Positions 27,004 to 34,696 of a stretch of 36,894 nt of DNA are shown here, piece by piece. Below the pieces are notes generated by a model. The model saw only the letters and a program-made list of their open reading frames with translations. It had not been told where the DNA came from and searched no databases. Location of the stretch: the NCBI GenBank assembly GCA_036507075.1, contig DASXQR010000063.1, positions 1 through 36,894 on the forward strand, read 5' to 3'. The stretch is from Acidobacteriota bacterium (GTDB taxonomy: Bacteria; Acidobacteriota; UBA6911; JACQSX01). Numbering within the stretch: the first letter of the stretch is position 1; the number at the start of each line of letters is the position of its first letter. The translations under genes were made by a program, and so were the position numbers.

Positions 27004-28161
27004 CTATCTCAGCGCGCGAGGGACACGCGATTCAGAGTTGCCCTCCGACAACATATCCATCGCATTTTCCAGGAATACATTCTGCTTGAGTTTAAGCTTA
27101 TCCGCTTCCAGCAGGTCTAACTCATCGATCGCTGTCTTCAAGGCCCTGATGACATGATAGACGTTGTAGGTGAGGCGCATCCTTTCTCGCTGAAATTTGA
27201 TCTCGATTTCGGGATCAGTCCAATCATAGGTATCGCGGGTAAGGAACGTCGAAACCGTATTTTCATCGGAGTACTCTACGCCCGTAATCGCTCCAAACGG
27301 CAAGTCCGAGCCGAAAAGGAGACGTTTCCTGAGTTCAGGGCGCGCCAGGGTGAGTCGGTAGACGTTGGGCAATGAAGCAGACGATGTCTCCAAATAGACT
27401 GAGGGGGAGTCAAGCACATCGGTTTTAATGAACGCCTCGAACTGATCTTCCTGGTAGTACCTTCCCATGTGCGCAAGGATGATTCTGATGCGCGGATAAT
27501 TGTGGGCAGTCTGCCTTACCCATTGTTGGCATTCGGGATCGCCCATTCCAATTCTGCCGGTATGCAACATCAGAATCAGGCTCTCGCTGTTCATGAATTC
27601 CAATAAGTCCTCCGGTACGAACTCTGCGATACTGGTATGCAGCACGCTGTGAGGAATCGCTTTCCCTACCAGGTCGTAATAAGGTTTCACTCCCACGTAC
27701 CGGATTCCTGACTTCCGCGCCGATTCATATTCGCGTATGGTTTCCCTGGTATTGTAAGGATTCGAGAGAATGAGTCCCCGGACGCGCCGGTCCTTTTGCG
27801 TCAGTTGTGCGACGTATTCATTGGCAAGCTGATAGTTCACCTCCCGCAGGGGAAAAGGAAATGCGAGGAGTCCTGTGATCTTTTTACCGCTGAAAAGTCG
27901 CTCGTAGAACGCAAACAACTCCTCAAAGTCAAAGCTGGTGAAGGTGCAGAGGGCCTCCTTGCGTCTCTGAGGGGTGATCGGTCCCATTGCGGCGGCTGGT
28001 CCGAGGTGAATGTGCGCATCAAAAATGCGGTTCGGCACCCAATCGCGCAGTTCCTTCTGCCACATCTGAATGTGGTCTTGATAGGGTTTCAGAGTAGTCA
28101 CGGTTTCCCGATCACCTTGGCCAGTCTCATTCTGGTCAACATCCTCCACTCGGGCTACCAC
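27004..28161 (-). CDS. amidohydrolase-superfamily protein (Amidohydro_2-like)
   Basis: FDAHIH metal motif, GVKPY, LMLH, ILAHMGR, YLETSS and LLFGSDLP. Exact start uncertain. Confidence 0.88.
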   Translation of the reverse strand: MVARVEDVDQNETGQGDRETVTTLKPYQDHIQMWQKELRDWVPNRIFDAHIHLGPAAAMGPITPQRRKEALCTFTSFDFEELFAFYERLFSGKKITGLLAFPFPLREVNYQLANEYVAQLTQKDRRVRGLILSNPYNTRETIREYESARKSGIRYVGVKPYYDLVGKAIPHSVLHTSIAEFVPEDLLEFMNSESLILMLHTGRIGMGDPECQQWVRQTAHNYPRIRIILAHMGRYYQEDQFEAFIKTDVLDSPSVYLETSSASLPNVYRLTLARPELRKRLLFGSDLPFGAITGVEYSDENTVSTFLTRDTYDWTDPEIEIKFQRERMRLTYNVYHVIRALKTAIDELDLLEADKLKLKQNVFLENAMDMLSEGNSESRVPRALR

Positions 28162-28563
28162 CCAATTTCTCCCTATAAGGTACTCTCGGGGCCGGTGCTT
28201 CCATCGGCATCACATTCTTTTGGTGAATAAAAAGATTTGGTGAAAAGTGATATTGTTTCAGCGGAAGTTTCAAATAAAACAAAAGTTGCCATTGGGTCCA
28301 CTGTGTATCCAGAAGCGATGAGCCGAACTCAATGCTGGTGCCTAGCTAGTTCGTGCTCTCTAGCCTGCCACTTCCGCGAGAGGGCGCCGCGCCGCAAAAA
28401 ATTGGATTTTTTGGAGCCGTTCATCGTGGAATGTGAATTCTCTCGCTACTTTGCTGACCGGGAAGTGCTGTTCTGGTTTAGCCGGACGGTAATTTGTGAT
28501 GTCCTTCAGTCAGGCAAAGGCCGGGAAGCCCCGCGCAATGTTTTAAAGTTAGCCTTTTTTTAC

Positions 28564-28592
28564 TTGACAAATAAAGCTCAGTGTTGTACCTA
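28564..28592 (+). promoter_or_regulatory. promoter, copy 2 of a shared motif
   Basis: TTGACA-N17-TACCTA, aligning without gaps to the element at 20233. Confidence 0.55.
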
Positions 28593-28835
28593 TCGCAGCG
28601 CTGGATCGTTTCTGAGCCGGTTCTTCCCGTGCGTCCGGTCAAGCGGAGTGTATCACCATGAGTACATCCGGTATGGACCTCGCTTAATTTGACATTTTTC
28701 ATCCAAGGCCCGTCTGGCGGATTCAGATAAAAGCCCACGATGGTGCACCTTTTCGATAAGTCTTCAGAAAGCTAATGTGTCACCGCGTGCCCAAGAGAAT
28801 GCCCTCCGTCCATGAGGTGCTCAGCAGAGCCAACC

Positions 28836-28861
28836 GGAACTTGAAACTTTGGGCGGTCGTC
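28836..28861 (+). promoter_or_regulatory. possible ECF-sigma promoter upstream of TonB-dependent receptor 1
   Basis: GGAAC-N17-CGTC, the AAC/CGT pattern typical of ECF promoters. Confidence 0.3.
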
Positions 28862-29050
28862 TCTTAAGTGAGTACGAGGAAAAAGCATTGGATTGGCTTT
28901 AAGCCTCAAATAGACCCTGACCAACCCGAGGCTTCCGGCCGCCCAAGGAGCTTCTGTTTTGGACCGACACGACTTGCCCAGGGAAACTTTTCTACACGGC
29001 GGGGCACATCTGTTTCTGGATCGCGTTGGCGCACAGCAAGGAGCATTATT

Positions 29051-32000
29051 ATGCGAATATACCAGGCGATTTCAATAACCAAGATTTGGCCATACTTGGG
29101 CGTGAGCCTTTTACTACTGGGCGGGGAGCTGCCGGCTCAAGCGACCCTTTCGACCTTGCGCGGAACCGCGACTGACCGCTCAGGAGCCATCATCCCAGGA
29201 GTCTCGATCACAGCCACTAATTTGGAGAGTCAACTCGGCAGGACGACGTACACAAATGATAACGGAGATTTCGAGATCCCTGATTTGAAAAGAGGCACCT
29301 ACCGACTTACGGGCACCCTTGCCGGTTTTAGGACTTTTGTGGCTGACAATATCCTTCTAGAGAGCAATCAGACCAGACGGATCGACATCGTGTTGGACGT
29401 AGGCGAGATAGCTACCCGGATGACGGTGCGGGCAGATGCGGCGGTTATCAATACTGAAACCGGCGACATCAGTGCCAGCGTGACATCCCAGCAGTATTAC
29501 AATGTTCCCCTTGTTGCCCATAGGTTTGACCCCAGCCAGACTTTGACCACGATGGCCGGCGTCGTCACACCTGCAGGCGGTACCAGTAATCAATCCTTTA
29601 ACGGCCAAGTCTCCGCCCAAATCTCGGAAGGTATGGATGGGGTTTGGGATGACGGGACCATCAACCAGATCAACAACATGGATGACGTGCAAGAAGTTAG
29701 AGCAGTGACGTCGGTTCCCACTGCTGAATATGCCCGAGCCGGGCACTTCAATCTCGTTTATAAGAGCGGCGGAAATGAATTCCACGGCAGGCTTTATGGC
29801 ACCAGCCTTAATTCGGCTCTGGGTGCCAGGGATTTCTTCGAACCTAGAAAGAGCAAAATAATAATATCTTCTTTCGGTGTGCAATTGTCCGGCCCAATAA
29901 TCAAAAATAGGTTATTTTTTTATTCCTCCTGGAATGCCGAACGCGTTCCGCTGCGTGCTTTCCAAAATGCGAATGTGCCAACCGAAAAAATGCGGAGTGG
30001 CGATTTTTCGCAATTGCTCGGGCGAGGTATAATAGTCAAAGATCCTCTGACAGGCCTCCCATTCCCAGGCAACGTGATTCCGCTCAATCGGCTTAACCTT
30101 GTGCCGCTTAACGTTCAAAAGAGGTACATTCCGAATCCTAATCAGGGTGACGCCGCTGCATTCGTTAATAACTTTGGCTGGTTCCATCCGCGCTTTATCA
30201 GAAACGATTATCCGACGCAGACAATAGATTACAAGATTTCGGACAGAAGCACCGTCTCCGGTAGGTTTACGAACCGCTTTAACGCAACTAACCCGGCGGG
30301 GAGTTTACCGGACTTCGCATGGACCAGGCGTCGCCATCATAGCGCACTGGCTATTGCTCTCACCCATACTTTCTCGCCAAGCCTGGACAACATGCTTCGC
30401 TTTGGGTGGCTCAAGGATTTTTTTGAGGACGGAAAACCGCTTAGGGGTTTTGAACCCTTGAAAGGAGGCACCGTCGCCGCGGATTTAGGGCTGCAGGGTG
30501 TTAACCCACAAGGCCTCGATGCACAAGGATTTCCAGTCATGCGTATCGTTGGCTTTGCTCCGTTGCGTATTCAGCCGGGGGGCGTCGGCCAAGATGACCA
30601 TAACTTGTCTTACGCCGACACGTCTATATGGGCTATCAGTAAACATATCGCAAAGTTTGGTGGCGAACTACGGACGTTCCGGAATTTCAACGGCGGTATC
30701 CCCGAAGGTACTTTCGGTGACTTTACATTTGATAGTTCCTTTAGCGGATTCTCTTACGCCGATTTCGTGCTTGGGTTACCCAGGCGAAGCGGAAGGGTCA
30801 ATCCGGTTGTAAACAGAACCCAGACAGCCTTGGAATTGGGCTTATTTGCGGAAGACACGTTTAAGGCGACCCGCCGGCTCAACCTCTATTATGGTTTGCG
30901 TTGGGACTATTTCGGTTCCGCAAGATTTCGGGACGGGAAAATGTACAACTGGGATCCAATTACCGGCAATGTTATCGTCCCGTCGTCGCGACTGAACACA
31001 GTAAGCCCCGCTTATCCAAAGAGTATTGACCTTATGACAGGAAGAGTAGTCCCCCATCCCGCCAGGAGAAATTTCCGCCCCCGTGCAGGAGTTGCCTACC
31101 GGCTAACTGAAAATATTGTGTTCCGCGGGGCCTACGGTCAGTTCAGCGAGACATTTGGCCGGTACACTCTGAATCAAGGTGGAGGGCCATTTCAAGTCTC
31201 CGAGGATTTCTTCAATACTATTATAGGCGGAACTCCGTTGTTCGTGTTTCCCCGCGCTTTTCCAGACGCACCTGGAACCGTGCCCTCCCAGAGTATAGCG
31301 GGCTATCCGCTGAAGCTCCGACACGGCGTGATCCATGAGTTCAACGTAAGCATAGAGCGCCAATTCCACGATGTGGGAGTTCGGATTTCCTACATCGGAG
31401 CGCGAGCTCGCGGATTGAATTATTTCTTGAACATCAATAAACCGCGGCCAAGTCTAGCTTCCTTTACACCGAGCCGTCGCCCCTTTCCCCAGTTCGTGGA
31501 CACTTTGGAATTCCGCCACACTGGCGAGACAAACTACAATGCTTTGCAGATTGAAACTCAGCGCAAACTGGGGGAACTTGTCTTTGACGCCCACTGGACA
31601 TGGGCACGAAATTTATCGAATTTTTTGAATCGTGAGAACCCTTATAGCCCCAATCAATGGACTCCGGATTCCATCACTCCGCGCCATCGAATAGTCATAA
31701 ATGTTATCTACAACCTCCCATTGGGGCGAGGGCGTCGGTTCCTGGCGAGCGCGCCTGGCGTTGTTGACGAAGTTTTGGGAGGATGGAGCCTTTACTACCT
31801 GGCATACCTCCAAACCGGTCAATTCTTTTCGCCTTCCTTTTCGGGTTCGGATCCTTCGAATACCAGCACCTTTGGCGGCCTTCCGGATCGGATTCGCAAT
31901 GGAAATCTCTCTCCGGGGCAGAGGACTATCGGCCGATGGTTCGACGTAGATGCCTTCGCTCCCCCGCCACCAGGCCGGTTTGGAAACAGTGGTGTGAATA

Positions 32001-32248
32001 TCTTGGAGGGTCCTGGCTACAACGCGCACCACTTGGCGATCACAAAGAGTTTCAAGCTGACCGAGCGCTTGAAATTGGAGTACCAGTTGTCAGTATCAAA
32101 TCTCTTCAACCATCCTAATTTTTTGGCTCCAAATGCTAACATTTCGTTGCCGGGGCAGGCAGGAAGGATTGTCCGAAGTGTAGGCAGAGATGACTCTCAG
32201 AAAGGTGGACCAAGGCAGATGGAGATGAAGCTACGCCTCGAATGGTAG
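29051..32248 (+). CDS. TonB-dependent receptor, Oar-like, with N-terminal carboxypeptidase-regulatory-like domain
   Basis: Signal peptide; GTATDRSGAIIPG, KSGGNEFHG, GPIIKNRLFF, YYGLRWDY, NFRPRAGVAYRL, NLFNHPNF and terminal RQMEMKLRLEW. Start moved to ATG 29051 (SD AAGGAG). Confidence 0.93.
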   Translation: MRIYQAISITKIWPYLGVSLLLLGGELPAQATLSTLRGTATDRSGAIIPGVSITATNLESQLGRTTYTNDNGDFEIPDLKRGTYRLTGTLAGFRTFVADNILLESNQTRRIDIVLDVGEIATRMTVRADAAVINTETGDISASVTSQQYYNVPLVAHRFDPSQTLTTMAGVVTPAGGTSNQSFNGQVSAQISEGMDGVWDDGTINQINNMDDVQEVRAVTSVPTAEYARAGHFNLVYKSGGNEFHGRLYGTSLNSALGARDFFEPRKSKIIISSFGVQLSGPIIKNRLFFYSSWNAERVPLRAFQNANVPTEKMRSGDFSQLLGRGIIVKDPLTGLPFPGNVIPLNRLNLVPLNVQKRYIPNPNQGDAAAFVNNFGWFHPRFIRNDYPTQTIDYKISDRSTVSGRFTNRFNATNPAGSLPDFAWTRRRHHSALAIALTHTFSPSLDNMLRFGWLKDFFEDGKPLRGFEPLKGGTVAADLGLQGVNPQGLDAQGFPVMRIVGFAPLRIQPGGVGQDDHNLSYADTSIWAISKHIAKFGGELRTFRNFNGGIPEGTFGDFTFDSSFSGFSYADFVLGLPRRSGRVNPVVNRTQTALELGLFAEDTFKATRRLNLYYGLRWDYFGSARFRDGKMYNWDPITGNVIVPSSRLNTVSPAYPKSIDLMTGRVVPHPARRNFRPRAGVAYRLTENIVFRGAYGQFSETFGRYTLNQGGGPFQVSEDFFNTIIGGTPLFVFPRAFPDAPGTVPSQSIAGYPLKLRHGVIHEFNVSIERQFHDVGVRISYIGARARGLNYFLNINKPRPSLASFTPSRRPFPQFVDTLEFRHTGETNYNALQIETQRKLGELVFDAHWTWARNLSNFLNRENPYSPNQWTPDSITPRHRIVINVIYNLPLGRGRRFLASAPGVVDEVLGGWSLYYLAYLQTGQFFSPSFSGSDPSNTSTFGGLPDRIRNGNLSPGQRTIGRWFDVDAFAPPPPGRFGNSGVNILEGPGYNAHHLAITKSFKLTERLKLEYQLSVSNLFNHPNFLAPNANISLPGQAGRIVRSVGRDDSQKGGPRQMEMKLRLEW

Positions 32249-32445
32249 TAGGCCGCGCACTGGCACGGTTGTGCGAGCTTCCCAGTAAATCCTGAAGCAG
32301 CAATGGCGAACGCGATTAAATAGTTCGGGGCGCACCGGACTGTCGCCATTGGATCCTAGCGTCCTGATTGACAAACGTGCTGGAATCAGGTCTGTCTTCA
32401 TTGCTGCAGGAGCTGTATCTTCTTGGCACAGATGGAGGAGATTAA

Positions 32446-34011
32446 ATGAATCGTATCACCCGGCGCGATTTTGCCAAGAGTACATTGACCAGCGCCGCCT
32501 CGATCGTATATTCAGCGCAGGCCCGAGGCAAACTCTCTCGTGATCGCCCTAATATTCTCTTTCTGATGACGGACCAGCATCGTGCTGACTGCGTGGGCTC
32601 GTACGGGAATAGGGCTATCCATACGCCGAACCTCGACTGGATGGCGAGAGAGGGCGTGCGCTTTAGCCGCGCCTATACCTCGGCACCCAGCTGTCCTCCG
32701 ACACGAAGCGCGATCCTTACCGGGCTTTCACCTTGGCACCATGGCTTGTTGGGTTATGGACCTATTGCCACACTGCACCGATTCGAGATGCCGCGTGCGC
32801 TGAGTGAAGCGGGCTACTACACCATAGCCCTGGGAAAAATGCATTTCAGTTGCCCAGAGCGCAACTACCACGGCTTCCATCAAATGCTGTTGGAAGAGGC
32901 GGACCGAGCAGATTCACCAGATTTCCGGAGCGATTATCGATCGTGGTTTTGGTCGGAGGCTCCAAACTTGGATCCTGATGCAACTGGGCTGGGATGGAAT
33001 GATTATCGATCCAAAGCGTTTGCCCTGCCGGAGCGGCTACACATTGTGCGATGGATCGGCGACACGGCGGTGAGGTTTTTGCGCACGTACAATCGCCCCA
33101 AGCCATTCTTTCTGTGGGTCTCCATTGAGCGCCCGCACAGCCCTTATGATCCACCCAAAAGATTCCTTAGACGGTACGCCGATGCGGCCTTACCCAGACC
33201 CGTTGTGGCAAAGTGGGCGAAACGCTACAAACAACGCAGTGGCCCGGGCTACGACATCTGGCACGGCGACCTTGGGTCTCAGCAAGTGCTCCAGTCACGT
33301 CGAGGATACTATGGGCTTGTCAGCTTTGTTGATGAGCAGTTCGGGCGGATTTTTGAAGTTTTGGATCAGCGCGGTTGGATCGAGGAGACCTTGATTATTC
33401 ACACTGCGGATCATGGTGATATGCTCGGCGATCATTTCTTGTGGCGCAAATGCCAGCCGTATGAGGCATCGGCGCGGATACCAATGCTGATGCGATGGCC
33501 CAAGGGATTGCTCTCGGCCCAACGCAGCCAAGTGGTTACTCAGCCTGTTGAAGCGAGAGATATACTGCCGACATTCCTCGAGGCGGCTTCAGTCGAACCA
33601 AAAGCGAAGCTTGACGGGAGAAGCCTGCTCTCTTTGGTGAGAGAAAGGAAAGCGGAATGGCGGCAGTATATCGATCTTGAGCACGATATTTGTTATGCCC
33701 CGGAGAATCACTGGAATGCTCTAACAGATGGCCACTTCAAATACATCTTTCACGCACTGAATGGCGAAGAGCAGTTATTCGATTTGCACAGAGACCCTAA
33801 TGAGCTGAATGACCTCGCTTCTGATCCGGCTTATGGGTCTGGACTTCGCGAGTGGAGGCGACGATTAGTAAATCATCTCGCAGAGCGAGGCGACTCTTTT
33901 GTGAGAAATGGGGAACTCGTTCGCAGGCCAAAAAAATTCACATATTCGCCTAACTATCCTGGATGCAAGGGGGATCTGGTCCATGCGAGAAACGACGCTT
34001 TTGTCAAATGA
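32446..34011 (+). CDS. Tat-exported Cys-type formylglycine-dependent sulfatase (S1 family)
   Basis: ITRRDFAK signal; PNILFLMTDQHR, SCPPTRSAILTG (CxPxR), GKMH, RPHSPYDPP and TADHGDMLG motifs. SD GGAGG. Confidence 0.93.
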   Translation: MNRITRRDFAKSTLTSAASIVYSAQARGKLSRDRPNILFLMTDQHRADCVGSYGNRAIHTPNLDWMAREGVRFSRAYTSAPSCPPTRSAILTGLSPWHHGLLGYGPIATLHRFEMPRALSEAGYYTIALGKMHFSCPERNYHGFHQMLLEEADRADSPDFRSDYRSWFWSEAPNLDPDATGLGWNDYRSKAFALPERLHIVRWIGDTAVRFLRTYNRPKPFFLWVSIERPHSPYDPPKRFLRRYADAALPRPVVAKWAKRYKQRSGPGYDIWHGDLGSQQVLQSRRGYYGLVSFVDEQFGRIFEVLDQRGWIEETLIIHTADHGDMLGDHFLWRKCQPYEASARIPMLMRWPKGLLSAQRSQVVTQPVEARDILPTFLEAASVEPKAKLDGRSLLSLVRERKAEWRQYIDLEHDICYAPENHWNALTDGHFKYIFHALNGEEQLFDLHRDPNELNDLASDPAYGSGLREWRRRLVNHLAERGDSFVRNGELVRRPKKFTYSPNYPGCKGDLVHARNDAFVK

Positions 34012-34030
34012 TCGCTCTTCCCAGGAGTAG

Positions 34031-34299
34031 GAGCCTGTCCGAGAAATAGCGTGGGTTGTGTTCCGGACCCTGTGCCGACAGATGCAAGGCCGCGCCACGC
34101 AGGCATGCTGCTGCGCATTGCCCAGGACTGGTAACGCCGCAGATGCGGCATGCCGACCGGAAGCTGAAGGACGCATCAGGGTGGCGGGGCGATCTCTTGG
34201 TTTGCTCGTCGTCCACGATGCGCACCGACATCGCCTCCTCGCGCCTCGACATCTCCCGCAAGCCTCATGTGCGACCCACGCTATTTCTCAGACAGGCTC
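34031..34299. mobile_element. 269-bp non-autonomous MITE-like element
   Basis: Terminal inverted repeats GAGCCTGTC(C/T)GAGAAATAGCGTGGGT, 25/26 identical (34031-34056 vs 34274-34299). No credible ORF, GC-rich interior, located 19 nt after the sulfatase stop. No clear target-site duplication. Confidence 0.8.
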
Positions 34300-34523
34300 T
34301 CGCCTAGGCAGATTTAACGAGAGGGGTCATATCAACTCTCGACCCCGAATACGTTTAAGTCTTAAACTTACTCAACGGCACCCCCCAACGTCCTTAGGGC
34401 GCTCTCATAGCTAGCCCCCCGCTCAATCGTAGGCTTGAAAGTTGCCGCTGGCGTTTCGCTGGGTAATTGATTGCTTTATAAAAGTTCTTCCTAAATGCAG
34501 CGTTACTCGCCGGTAATTTTAAC

Positions 34524-34552
34524 TTGACAAAGAAAGGCGGGTGTTTTAAGAA
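34524..34552 (+). promoter_or_regulatory. promoter, copy 3 of a shared motif
   Basis: TTGACA-N17-TAAGAA with the same ACTTGACAAAnAAA...TGT context as 20233 and 28564. Confidence 0.5.
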
Positions 34553-34696
34553 GGAGCGCACCGCCGGCCCAATCGGGGAGGCCAAATCCTGAAGAGCAAG
34601 AAAAGATTGTGTTCAGCACATTGGGAAGACTCCACTCGATTCTCAGCCAGCGGAGTGGAACGACACACCGCGGCATGCCAGATGAAGGAGGTTACT

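Noticed and set aside
28237..28692. 151-aa ORF in the amidohydrolase/receptor intergenic region
   Set aside because: No motif or SD, atypical composition, and it runs across a promoter-like element.
3795..34011. Other TGA stops as possible Sec codons (3795, 8448, 18392, 22912, 24254, 26936, 34011)
   Set aside because: Each falls at a plausible natural C-terminus, and I saw no comparable hairpin plus coupled downstream frame.
34004..34414. Several short ORFs over the MITE
   Set aside because: No transposase motifs; they are by-products of the GC-rich repeat.
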